Of a stretch of 64,000 bases of DNA, positions 14,298-26,945 are shown one piece after another. How positions within the stretch are numbered: position 1 is the stretch's first letter; every line of letters begins with the position of its first letter. Under the pieces are notes generated by a model. It saw only the letters and a program-made list of their open reading frames with translations. It did no database searches and was not told where the DNA came from. Made by a program: the position numbers and the translations under genes. The stretch lies in contig NC_068982.1 of assembly GCF_001194135.2 (NCBI RefSeq), forward strand, positions 162,206,564-162,270,563, read 5' to 3'. This DNA is from Octopus bimaculoides (Eukaryota).

Positions 14298-14678
14298 TTG
14301 CCAGTGCCCCTGGACTGGCTCTTGTGCGGGTGGCACATAAGATGTACCATCCTGAGCGTGACTGTTGCCAGTACCGCCTGACTGGCCTTGTAGGGTTTTC
14401 AAGCGAGATCGTTGCCAGTGCTCCTGGACTGGCTCTTGTGCGGGTGGCACATAAAAGACACCATTTCGAGCGTGGCCGTTTTCGTGCGAGTGACACATAA
14501 AAGCACCCACTACACTCTCTGAGTGGTTGGCGTTAGGAAGGGCATCCAGCTGTAGAAACTCTGCCAAATTAGATTGGAGCCTGGTGTAGCTGTCCGGTTG
14601 CACCAGTCCTCAGTTAAATCGTCCAACCCATGCTAGTATGGAAAGCGGACGTTAAACGATGATGATGATGATGATGAT
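14298..14678 (+). mobile_element. Young 5'-truncated copy of the RTE LINE 3' region, or a SINE sharing it, with (GAT)n tail
   Basis: Ends ccaacccatgctagtatggaaagcggacgttaaacgatgatgatg. The same module terminates the RTE ORF at 45250-45470. Near-identical copy at 28945-29237. Confidence 0.85.
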
Positions 14679-14871
14679 GCCTAAACACTGCTTGCTGCTG
14701 ATATTACTGTAATTTTCATGATCATGGCAGTCTGCTAGCACAAGTCGGTCAATGTTGTTGATTGTATTTTAGTTAAAGCCGTGGCTTTAACTATGTCTGT
14801 CCAGAGTTGCCTCTCTTTGGTATTTCCCATTGGTAATAGCTAAGAAGCTAGTAGCTTTGATGTCTGGGAAT

Positions 14872-14887
14872 CCAGCAGGTGGCAGCA
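14872..14887 (+). promoter_or_regulatory. CTCF-consensus motif (candidate insulator site)
   Basis: CCAGCAGGTGGCAGCA matches CCASYAGRKGGCRS exactly and lies outside the repeats I recognised. Confidence 0.4.
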
Positions 14888-14987
14888 CTGGACAAAAAGA
14901 GAGAATTTTTCTTGACAGTAACTACAGTGAGTTAGTAGTTAAAATATTTCACAAACATATTTTGACAAACCTACAGTTCATGCGTGT

Positions 14988-15018
<31 letters not shown>

Positions 15019-15419
15019 ACTGATTACACAAAAAAACTGACCAGCATAGTAAGAAGCACTCAACAATAGCAATTAAAACTAAAGAATTATAATGAGAAAT
15101 TATGACAGACAATTTTATATCAATTGTTTCCGATGCACATTTCGCAAATGTTGCTGTTTGGAATGAGTGTATTGGATTTTCTAAGTTCAATTGAGTTCTT
15201 AACATCTAATGGTGTCATTCCAAGCAGTAACATTGGTGAAATGTGCATAGGGAAGAATTGTTATAAAATTGTGTTTGTCATAATTTCTCCTACTTTTTGT
15301 CTGTATATATTAGAAAAATCTACATGAAACTCTAAAATTAGCAATAGTAGCCATACATCTAACTGTACACCAAGATATGGTCTCTCTCTCTCTCACACAC
15401 ACATATAAAATATGTCTCA

Positions 15420-15760
15420 GTTATTGGTCTACAGCCATGCTGGAGCATCACCTTGAAGATTTTAATCAAACAAATCAACCCCACTATCATTTTTTTTTAA
15501 ACCTAGTTCTTACTCTATCAATCTCTTTTGCTGAACTGCTAAATTATAGAGACACAAAGAAGCCAACTCTGATTGTCAAGTGGTAATTGGCAGACAAACA
15601 CAATCACACACACAACAGGCATCTTTTGTTTTCCATTTACCAAATCCATTCGCAAGGCTTTGATCAGTCTGGAACTATAGTAGAAAAACACCTGTCCAAT
15701 GTGGCATTTCAGTGGGACTTAACCAGGAACCATGTAGTTGGGAAGCAAACATCTTACCAC
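15420..15760 (-). mobile_element. tRNA-derived SINE (ggcatggctgtgtggtaagaag family), reverse copy
   Basis: Collinear with 63675-64000, and the head part is reverse-complementary to 25303-25450. Partial copies at ~7660-7800, ~10770-10890, ~50810-50950 and ~51005-51100. Confidence 0.75.
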
Positions 15761-17239
15761 ACAGACACACTGATAATATGTACAGATAATTTTATGTCTG
15801 CTTTCCACAAGTGTATGTGTGTGTTTCATATGTAAAATAAACATTACATAATTATTCCTAAAGATTTGGGCAATCAAATGTAGTTGTGTTCAGCTGTACT
15901 CATATATGCTCATTAGGAAATGGTGATGTTCCTTCTCAGTTTGTTGACAAGTACAGTTGATAGCACAAAACTTTATGTTTAATCATCTATTCTGTTTACT
16001 TTACTTGCTACATATATTAGACTATACACAGTTGTAATATGTAGCTATAGAGAGTCCTTTTGTGTTGTACCAAAAAATAAAACAGTGTGTGTACATGCAT
16101 GCATGTGTGTGTGTGTACGTACATGCATGCATATGTCAGCCTCTTCCTGAGCCATGTTTTTATTTTAACCAGCTGCTTGCTTAGTGACAAAATTGAAAAG
16201 AAAACACATTTTTAAAAAAATGCTGCCTTTTTCTTTAAAATTATCATTTATGCAATCATTCACCCTATCAGTTGGAAGAATGTCTTACATATTTATGTTT
16301 CAGATATGATAATCAAGTGTAGTATAGGAATTATGGAGTTGTATTTTTTTCTCAAGAATCCAAATACAACAATGTTACATTCTCTAATTACAATAATAAC
16401 GGGTGTAAAGCTAAACATGTCTTTTAAATACTGTATTTGTAAACTTCACATTAATGGTCCATAGTTGTCGTAGTCCTACTGCATTTATTTTACCAATTTT
16501 ATTCCAAGCTGGCAGCTAACCATCATATTAGAGTATGTGTCAAACAACATCATGCTGGCTTTTTTCTCTCTTGCAAATATGTTAAGGGCTCATTGAAGAT
16601 CCCTCATGCATCATTAGTGACATGGGCAGGAGGCATCTGATCCCAATATATAGTTTATCCTCTGGCTGAATTGTGACTACCATTGTAATTGAGGGCACTT
16701 TTGTTGAATAACTTGTTTCTTTGATGCTTCTAGTTGAGTAATGTGTGCCATTTTTCTGGGAGTATGTTATTCTTTATATTTGGTGTCTGTTTTACTTTGT
16801 GTTTTGTGTTGTTCTCAGTTGCATGGTGCACTGTACACACACACACACTCATGAGATAAGTCTCAAATTGCTAAAATAGATATTACCCACTGACGGTAGT
16901 AAAATTAGTGTAAGACTGTCACTTGTAGAAATCATATATGAAATGCTCCTAGAAAAATAAAGGATCAGTAAAGAAAATTTGGTGTATAGAAAATATCATT
17001 ACCAACTCTAAAGTTTTCTACAGATTTCAAAAAACAAAAATACAGCTTCAGTACATTACAAACGGACATTGTTGTAGTGACCTCTTTATAGTAGACCCAT
17101 CAAAGGTAAGTGCAACAATAAATGAACAAGAATATTTACACACTGTTCCACTGATACATTTGCAAATGAGTTCTTCAACATATAAGAGGCAAAAACTGAT
17201 TATGCTCTGAGAAAAAAATTAGTTACTAAGTCATGCATA

Positions 17240-17560
17240 GCATAATTTCCATCCAGGTAGAAACCTCATCACATGTTTTACTCCTGTGAACTGAAGTAGC
17301 AGGTTGATCAGTCAAACATAGATTTGGTATATCTGGACATTGTGAAGTCTTTTCATAAAGTCGAATATAGGAATGATATAATATACCACAGAATGGTATA
17401 TGGTTTTGATATATCTAGAAAACTATGAGAAGTTGTTTGACTTTTTGTGGGACAGAAGACAAGCAATTGCACTGTGCAGTATCCTTTCAAAAAAACATCA
17501 AGTGGGGTGCTACAGGGATCTGTGTTCTAGTCATTACTATTTATAATAAGCTCAGTTATT
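17240..17560 (+). mobile_element. Decayed CR1/L2-type LINE reverse transcriptase fragment
   Basis: HNFHPGRNL...IDLVYLDIVKSFHKV and FLWDRRQ...SSGVLQGSVF match QHGFRPGRSC / YLDFAKAFDKV / SSGVPQGSVLGP. Stops and frameshifts present. Confidence 0.75.
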
Positions 17561-18219
17561 TGAAGAACAATTTTTTTGTAGTTGTGCCTGTCATACCAAA
17601 ATATCAATAACAATTGATGTTAGTATGGTCAAAATTTATTGAACACAAGTGTGTTGCAACATGTACTTTCTCTGGATCAGGAGAAATTGCAATCCCAGAG
17701 TTGGAATCTATTTATAACTTGAGACCTATAATGAATAATAATGTATTGGAATTGAAAGCTTTGCAAAACGAACTGAATGCTTCAACATGGTGCCAAAATT
17801 TCTACTTTTGCCATCCCAAGTTAATACCAGATAATGCAAGGGACCCCAGCTTTTCTATATCCTCACTTGAGAGATAGGTCTTCATGGAGCAGATGTCAAC
17901 ACTTGACCATTCTACTGTGTAAGATCTCAGATCATCAGGAATGTATATAACATAAAACTCCTTCATTCTCCAAAAAAATTTCAAACAATGAAAGTGGAAG
18001 TGCTGAGTTCATGAAGATCATGCATTAACATGGAGTTCCATGATGCTGTATGCATTTTCTCATTACTTTCATGTTACACAGAAGCCAATTGCCAAAATAG
18101 GGTTTACATTGTGAAATACTACATTACAACAAGGATTTCAGGAAAGTAACACTTCTAGATGGAGGATATTTGTATGTGTTTGAGTGTGTCTCATGATTAT
18201 CATTTTACATCTGCTTTCT

Positions 18220-18560
18220 CCATCATCATCACTATCATGATTTGAAGTCTGCTTTCCATACTGATATGGGTTAAATGGTTCAGTAGAGACAGGGACTGGC
18301 AAACCAGAGGACTGAGCCAAGCTCCAATGTCTTACCAACCACTTTACAGAGTGTGCTGGGTATTTTTTATGTGGAACTGGCACTAACGAGGTTACTAAAG
18401 TAACTTGCAAGACAAGACACCTCAACTGAGGAGTGGGGAGTAGTGTTGAGAAAGGTGGCTTTATGCCTGGTAATGAGATATTAAAGTTTGATAAGGGGAT
18501 AGGAACATGTGTTGCCATTGGAAAGATACAGGGTTACCCCAGTTGGAAGAGAAGGAAGAT
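18220..18560 (-). mobile_element. Older copy of a LINE-type 3' module
   Basis: catcatcatc...tctgctttccatactgatatggg is the reverse complement of the family 3' tail. Confidence 0.6.
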
Positions 18561-21500
18561 ACCTGTTAAATTAAAGATTGCAAATTTTTTATGTTAAAAT
18601 GTCTTTAATTAATTGTTAATTCTAACAATCATGATAAAATTAAGTTCCATGGAGAGACAACTGTAAGGTTTGGTGGGGTTTTTTTCTAATTTCATTTATA
18701 CAACTTGTAGAAAGGCATGACCATTGAAACTTCCTGTTCACACATCAGTTAAACTTAAGCCTGTCTCACAAGAAAGCAATAATTAATTCCACAGACCTTA
18801 TTGTCATCCTAATATGGGTATTTTCACTATGCTTTTGTTGGTTACTTGATCAGTTTGACACAGGTCAGTAAACTAGTATCTGAGTCAAACAGCTCAACAG
18901 AGTCTCTTTTGACAATTGTCTATCACATATATTTATTTACTCTAGCTGCAGCCAGCTGAGCTGGCTGCACAACTTGTTTGCATTGCTGCACACCTCTCTC
19001 CTATTTTACTCCATTCACTCATTTTAGTTCAAGTTTCCTAAAGCATCCTCATTCTCTTCTGCTACACCACATAACCAGAAATATCTTCACTGTTTATTCA
19101 GCTTGCTACTCTTCACTCTCAACACCCCATTCTGTCTCTCTCTCTCAAACATCATAGCAGCCAAATCTCCCTCAAATCATGACCATCTTTAAAGGATTGA
19201 CATATTAATTAATGTTATCCAAGCTGGATGCATCTAAAAAGATAGGACGATCACAGCCAGAATACTGTGGTCATAAGTCTGCTTGATCAGGATACACCTA
19301 GGGCTAAACAACAGCAGCAGTAACAACAACAATAGCAGTTTAGTTCCTCATATAAAGTTACTCTCTATCAAGTGTAGATATGAGATCATCTGAAAGTAGA
19401 AACTCCACTCAACCAGTACTTCTCACTTCCTCTTTCCTGACTTTTTCCTCTTGAAATTTCTGTTAACTTTTACCTGCCACAGAAAGATAAAGTATAAAAA
19501 TGTGGAGGTGCAGTAGCTCATAGGTACTGAAGTATCGTAGTACTATGATTTAAAGGAATGGTAGTGGTACTAGTGACATAAGATCTGTGTATATACACTA
19601 TTACTTTATACAGGAAGGATGTTGGTGTTATTGCTTGAATTATCAGAATTTGCATTTCCTCACCATACACATAGGGCAACTTGCTCAGTTTGCTAGACTT
19701 TGATATCAAATCTCCCTCAGCTTTCACTATGCTGTCTCGAATAAAGAAAGTTACATTGGATAATGTAATTCATGATATACAAAAAGACAAGATGATTGCA
19801 GTTTTGATCATAGGTCTGCTTAATCAGTACTAACTTAGGGCTAAACAATGTCATACAGACATACATTATTTTACATATTCCATACTATGCCATATTTCCA
19901 TCTGTAGGTAATAAGATGCACCTTTTTATTAGCAAAGTATATTTTGGGGGCGGGGAATGTTTTTAATAATTTATGAACATATCAAAAGTTTATTTTGTAA
20001 AAAATATCTAATTACAAATAAATTAGCTGATTGTTAACAACATTTAGTAAACTGCTGCTGGCTGTGCTCACTATAAACTATATATTGAGTTTGTTTAAAT
20101 TTTAACTACCTGTTTTAAAGGTATTGCCAAGTTCTAACTGCTTGTGCAACTCACTGGTCTCCCATATACTGTGGAAATTAATGGTACATTCAAGACCTTA
20201 TTATATTCAAAGGAGAGTTTATGTATGAGAGAAAGTTTCAATAAAAAAAAAGTTTCCTTACAACTCTATTTTATGACTAATTTTTAATGTGAGATTTATT
20301 TTTCTTTTGAGAAACAGATAGTTGAAGACTTCATTTAATAACACATTAATCAGTTCTGTTATCTATACCAATGTCACTACTGCAGTTCTTCATAGTGCTA
20401 TTATTAAGTCCTGTTTTCATTGTTAAGGCCACAGACTTTTTAAAATCTGTTATCAATTAATTATACTCAGAGAGTTGCTTGTGATGATTTTACTTGCTAA
20501 CACAATAGTAGGTCACTTCAGTTATGTTAACTAATTTCTCATTAATAATCCTCTTCTTCTATTCTGAATGGTTTGTTGGCAGGACATCCAGTAACTGTAA
20601 CCACCACAGATAACTACTTGCTTTTAATTTAAGTTCTTTTTCTTTGTTGCCTTGGTTTTTTTCAACAAACCACTTAGATGTTATGACTATACTGTTTCCA
20701 GTCACTGTTTTTGCACCACCATTTGTTGCTCATTTCCCTTAATTCATAATTTGTTTCCTTCCTGACCTTAATTCACATAAAGTAATTTTTCTTCATACTC
20801 TTCAGGTTTCTTCTGTGTAATCTTGGTCATTATTCTTATGTTTAGGCAAGCCAGCAAACTCATTTGCTACTATATTCCCTTTCCTACCAATCTCCTTGCT
20901 TTACCCATCATTGTCTTCATTGACACTGTATACCCCATACTTTGTGATTGTCTTTCTATAGTTTTATAGCATCTTCCAGTTATGGAAATTTTGCTTTTCT
21001 ATGATAAAGTTTGTTTTTTCATTCCTGTTTTCTTAAATGCTTCTTCCTGTTTTTCCCATTCACAAATCCTCTTCCCCCTTCCTCCATCAATAACAGTCCA
21101 TATTGTTACTCAGCAACTCAATAGCCTTGTTGTTTAACATATTCAACAACTTACAGTTTGTAACTAATTGTGCAAGCCTATCTGCTCTCCTTAGTCAACA
21201 TTGTGAAGTGTCATAGAGTGGTACTGTCAGCTGCATAACTAATCTAACAGCTAGTGTGGCATCTAACTTTGGTCATACTTCTACCTACCTACAAATGGTA
21301 TGAGAGTTATCAATGTCAATTCAGTATGTACCAAACCAAGCAAATAGTATTATGTTACCAGTGTTAATATAAACCCTGGTAAACGTCTTACTAGTAACCA
21401 TCAACATTCACCAAATTAATGAATATAGTAGTTATAACACCAGAATATATTATACATGAATTTTAAGTGTAGGCTCTTATTACAAGACAGGGATTCGAGT

Positions 21501-21789
21501 GAGAATTAGATCCAGCTGTTGAAGTCCATTCTAGGAGCTTGCATTTTTGCTATAAAAGGAAGGGAGATTTGGTGGAGTTTTTTTTTTCTTTTTCAGGAAA
21601 ATGTGTATCACATGAACCAGCAAGTATGGTAACTGACCTACACAGCATCATACATATAACTGTCAGCCAGTCAATCATAACATAATATGATTACTCTTAA
21701 GAGTTATTAAAAAAAACTTATCAAAGATCTTTTCTTTTTTTTTTTTTGTCTTCTATAATTGCATAACACATTGATACAATTTGCACTTT

Positions 21790-22800
21790 CTACACATTAT
21801 TGAGATAATCTGCACATTCTTGAAATAAACTACATACTGTTCATATTACTGACTCAGTCTGTATATTCTTCACATGTTTTTAGATAATCCACACTTTCTA
21901 CTCATTTTTGAAATACCTTCACATTATTGGGATAAACCTACACATTCTTCACATTACTGAGATAATCTACACATTATTTACTTCATTTGAACTGTCTAGT
22001 ATTGAAGAAATCGACACATTTTTTTCATATTATTAAGATAGATTTCACATTCTTTGGAGCAACTACACATTGATCATATTTTTGAGAAAATCTACACATT
22101 TTTAAAGATAAGGTATGCATTCTTTATATAACTGAGGTTATCAATACATTCTTCATATTACTGAAATAATCAACATATTCTTCACATTACCAAAATATCA
22201 TAAACATTATTCAGATTACTAAGATAATCTACAGGTCATACACATTTTTGAACAATTTTAGACAATTTTCACATTACTGAGCTAATCTACGTAATCTTCA
22301 CATTTTTCACTGTAAATTACACATTCTACATGGTTTGAGAGACAACCTACACGTTCTTCACTCTACTATTGTAATCTATACATTTTTTCACATAAACAAA
22401 TTAATCTACATATTACACATTGAAGTAGTTTGTATGTTCTTTGCTTTTTTAGGTAATCTCATTATTGCCAATAATACTGAGATAATCTGCACATACTTCG
22501 TATAATTAGGATAACATACATGGTTTTGATATGATGTGAGATAATTTAAACATTCTACATATTATTGAAATAATCTGCACATTTTCAGTGAAAGAATCGG
22601 TACATTCTTCACATCACTAAGGCAAGCAACACATTATTTACTTAATGTACACATTCTTCACATTACTAAGATATTCTACACATTGAGATAAACTACATAT
22701 TTTTCACATATTGAGATAATCCACCTGTTTTTCACATTATTGAGATAATGTATTTATTTATCACATTACTGTGTACTAAGCAATACTTCACATTACTAAA
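21790..22800. repeat. Degenerate minisatellite, ~29-bp unit CACATTCTTCACATTACTGAGATAATCTA, ~1 kb
   Basis: Best unit at 21941-21969. cacatt / gagataatcta sub-motifs recur throughout. Confidence 0.85.
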
Positions 22801-23906
22801 TTAAGTATTCATTGTGTTGAGACAAGTTTGGGAGAAGATTGGAGTTCTTAACCTTTGGAGTACCTTCTGGCTTGTTTAGATTGATGTCTGTTTTAAAAAA
22901 AGCAGAAAGAGAAGATGCATTTATGAAATGGGGACAAGAAGAAAGGAACATGAAAATGGATAGCTATAACTGTTTTAGTAGTAATACAAGAGACAAAGCA
23001 ATATTATACTGTCAAAAATTTGAGAGTTAATGGAGTATAGTGTGTTAAGACTTGTATTGATGTTAGATGGTTTTTATTGTTCAAAGCAGTCCAGTTAATG
23101 CATTATTCTGACCAGTTTCAAAGAGCCTGCAAAGGACATTTGTATCCCTCTTTCAACCAATTTTGTAGTTGTGTAGCAGCTATTCTGTCCAAGATATGTG
23201 AGTAATATCGTCTTGTCAGTCACAGTTGTAATTGAATATGTAAGTGTACTTCACATAGTTATGTGTCTGTCACAAATTTAGAGATTATAATTATCAGTTC
23301 AGTACCATAAGTACAACTATAAAAAATAAGAGTGGAAACCGGTTGTTGTTTAGTATCCTCAGGTCTCTAATTGCACAGACATTTTATCAAAGCATCCTAG
23401 CTATGACCATATGAGCATTTTTGTTTGAACAAGGAACCTAGGACGACATTATCCAACTCTGTGTTCTTTTTTTTAGATAATATGGTGTAATTTGAAGATT
23501 TGGTTGCTATTTCTAGTAGGTGGAACAACCACACAGAAGTTCTCTCATTTGCATGGGAATCAATATTGTTAGTGAAACTAGTGTAGATAAGTGTTGCTTT
23601 GTTGTAACTCTTCTATTGAGATGCTAACTAATAGACACATATTGCACCAAATAATAAAAGGAAGTTTCTGTGTGAGCCCTCAACTCACAAGAAATAGCAG
23701 TCAAATCTCAATCAAATCATACCTAACGATCTTAGAAAGGAAGGACACATTGAATAATATAATCTTAAATGTACATATCAGAAAATAAGATTATATGGTC
23801 AGAGATAGACTGTTTTGATCATGAATCTGCACACTTGCAGCTAAACAACATAGAAAACCTCCCACAGATCAAACTGTTTCAAATGATATATATATATATA
23901 TATATA

Positions 23907-24753
23907 NNNNNNNNNNNNNNNNNNNNNNNNNNNNNNNNNNNNNNNNNNNNNNNNNNNNNNNNNNNNNNNNNNNNNNNNNNNNNNNNNNNNNNNNNNNNNN
24001 NNNNNNNNNNNNNNNNNNNNNNNNNNNNNNNNNNNNNNNNNNNNNNNNNNNNNNNNNNNNNNNNNNNNNNNNNNNNNNNNNNNNNNNNNNNNNNNNNNNN
24101 NNNNNNNNNNNNNNNNNNNNNNNNNNNNNNNNNNNNNNNNNNNNNNNNNNNNNNNNNNNNNNNNNNNNNNNNNNNNNNNNNNNNNNNNNNNNNNNNNNNN
24201 NNNNNNNNNNNNNNNNNNNNNNNNNNNNNNNNNNNNNNNNNNNNNNNNNNNNNNNNNNNNNNNNNNNNNNNNNNNNNNNNNNNNNNNNNNNNNNNNNNNN
24301 NNNNNNNNNNNNNNNNNNNNNNNNNNNNNNNNNNNNNNNNNNNNNNNNNNNNNNNNNNNNNNNNNNNNNNNNNNNNNNNNNNNNNNNNNNNNNNNNNNNN
24401 NNNNNNNNNNNNNNNNNNNNNNNNNNNNNNNNNNNNNNNNNNNNNNNNNNNNNNNNNNNNNNNNNNNNNNNNNNNNNNNNNNNNNNNNNNNNNNNNNNNN
24501 NNNNNNNNNNNNNNNNNNNNNNNNNNNNNNNNNNNNNNNNNNNNNNNNNNNNNNNNNNNNNNNNNNNNNNNNNNNNNNNNNNNNNNNNNNNNNNNNNNNN
24601 NNNNNNNNNNNNNNNNNNNNNNNNNNNNNNNNNNNNNNNNNNNNNNNNNNNNNNNNNNNNNNNNNNNNNNNNNNNNNNNNNNNNNNNNNNNNNNNNNNNN
24701 NNNNNNNNNNNNNNNNNNNNNNNNNNNNNNNNNNNNNNNNNNNNNNNNNNNNN
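23907..24753. other. Assembly gap (others at 29269-29278, 31647-31926, 60608-61585, 62049-62888)
   Basis: Runs of N, mostly flanked by microsatellites or young repeats. Confidence 0.99.
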
Positions 24754-25302
24754 ATATATATATATATATATAAGCTTTCTTTATTGGTTTAGTCAGAGTA
24801 ATAAGGGCAACTCTCATGACATTTATCAGAGTTGCTAAGAATGTTGGCAAGAAGTGATAATTGGACCAGAGACCAGGCCCAAAGGCTAGCAACAAAACGA
24901 ACTCCACTAAAAATAACTATGGAATTAACAGTCTAAAATTTCCCTCTACCAATCCTAATAACAACTCACCACAGACATTTATGTGTATAATTGACATATT
25001 AACTTCATTAGAAATATAAATATTTTTTAAACTTTTATTTCTAATGTTATGTCACTTGTTCTTACTATTTTTATTATCTTAGAATTATACCAAACATGGT
25101 GAAATGCCAAGCAAATTTTATTCTTCCATTCTGACTTTGGTATGCCTGCCAACTTTGGTGTAATTATGTTAAATTAGTATAATTATGTTAAATAGTGTAG
25201 TTATTACTTATTTCGCATTTTCTGAGATGGAAAATGTTATATCCTGGTAAATCCTTTATGGCATTGTTTTAGCTAATCTATGGATTTATTTTAATATGGA
25301 AT

Positions 25303-25680
25303 AGGTGCAGGCATAGTTGTGTGGGTCAGAAGTTTGCTTCCAAACCACATGGTTTTGGGTTCAGTCATAGTCATGGCATCTTAGTGAAGAGCCCTGGGTC
25401 AACCAAAGCCTTGTGAATGGATTTAGTTGATGGAAACTGAAAGAAGCCCATCATGTGTGTGTGTGTCTTCATGTCTTGACATCACATCATAGTTATAAAA
25501 CAAGCAATAGTATAATATATATGGTGTTGTTTTCTTCTGTGAAAATATGTCCAGCCGTTGGAGAATATTACCTTGCTTGGCAACAGGTTAGGGTTAGTGA
25601 AAGGAAGGGCATTCAGCCATAGAAATCTGCCTCAACAAATTCCATCTGGAAAAGTGAATGTTAAAATGATTATGATGAAA
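25303..25680 (+). mobile_element. tRNA-derived SINE with LINE-derived 3' tail
   Basis: Head ggtgcaggcatagttgtgtgg...ggttcagtc, central (TG)n, and tail aggaagggcattcagccatagaaa...gttaaaatgattatgatg shared with the RTE 3' end. Confidence 0.75.
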
Positions 25681-26945
25681 TGGGTGTTTTTTGTTTGTTT
25701 GTTTTTACATTTCTTCAACTGACAAATTAACTTGTGTACCACCTCATCTTCTGTCTATCTCTCTGTGTCTCCCCCCTCTCTCTTTCTCTTAGAAAAACAA
25801 AAGGTGTAATCATATGAGAGAGTGGGGTTGTCACAATAGTTTATGATTATATTAACTTAGTGAGTCTCTTTATGCGCCATTTGGTTCACATAACACACAC
25901 ACACACACAACAGTTTTATGTCTGAGATCTTACTGTCAGAAAACTGATACATAACCACACAAGCTCGACTATTATGATAAAATAAAACCCTCTAAAGAAT
26001 ATCACTGCTGCATACCTTTTATTAAATGGAAAATCCATTATTTTTAGAATTGTCAAAATTGTTTCTATCCACAGAAAATGTTATTAAAATAAGTTACAAT
26101 TTACCAATTTTCCAAGAGCAGTTTAGAAACGAATTAATCTTACAGCCTTCTATCATGGAACATGTCATCTAATAAGAAAAAAAATAATAATATATTCAAA
26201 TTTAATTTGAATTGCATATTTGCTTTATGCAAATTCCATTTCAGTGATATTTTTCACAAACTTGAATCTAAAAAAGAATCTCTATTGTTTCTAAGTAGTC
26301 TCTTTATTGATTGACCTCAAACTGATAAATTGAGTTTTTACTGACAAACTATGTCTAACAATAAACTGAATTTCTACTCTTGGCAGTTTCCATTCATGAT
26401 ATTAAATAAATATTTTCAAAAACTATTTATCAATATGATTTATGTTTTTTATCTTATTGAATAGTTTTCAATATTAATATTTATTTAACCACCTTGGAGA
26501 GCAACTTTTTTTTTTTACAACATATATTAAAAATAACTCAGTTTTAAACTTCGGTGTACTTGTTTGGGAAGTGACTTGATCTACTTGATCTGAGATTATG
26601 TATTGAAACTGAAGCAGTTATATTGTAGTAGAGTCACTTTATATATTCACTTCTGCTTTATTTGATAATATATTGTATAGTGTGGAAAACATTTACTGTG
26701 CCTCAATGACCAGATCTCTAACATCGGTTAACTGTGTTTTGAATGGTTAGCATGACTCTTCCATAATGTAATTGTTTCAGTTTTAAACAGTTTCCCTTTT
26801 AATCTTTATAAGTTTACAGATCTTATTTGTCATCATACCACAGAAAATCTTTTACTGATTTCAGTTATTGGATTATAGTCATGCTGGTGCACTACCTTCA
26901 AGAGTTTTAGTTTGATTATATTAACCTCAGTACTTACTTCAGTCT

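Noticed and set aside
14266-14603. ORFs such as ASAPGLALVRVAH, repeated at 28858-29173 and 45246-45603
   Set aside because: Translations of the non-coding LINE 3' module.
18941-18969. Helitron 3' end (hairpin plus CTAG)
   Set aside because: The hairpin-to-CTAG spacing is 1 nt rather than about 10, and the flanking base does not fit the A|T target.
20690-21100. Purine-rich minus-strand segment as a LINE coding relic
   Set aside because: I could not recover any diagnostic motif.
21790-22800. CRISPR-like array
   Set aside because: Eukaryotic intron, degenerate contiguous units, no unique spacers and no cas genes.
23769-24907. Long ORFs of 334-407 aa here and at 31534-32018, 60497-61793 and 61871-62984
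   Set aside because: They are runs of N translated as X.
25303-25380. tRNA genes at SINE heads
   Set aside because: Only degenerate A/B boxes, no cloverleaf, and attached to SINE bodies.
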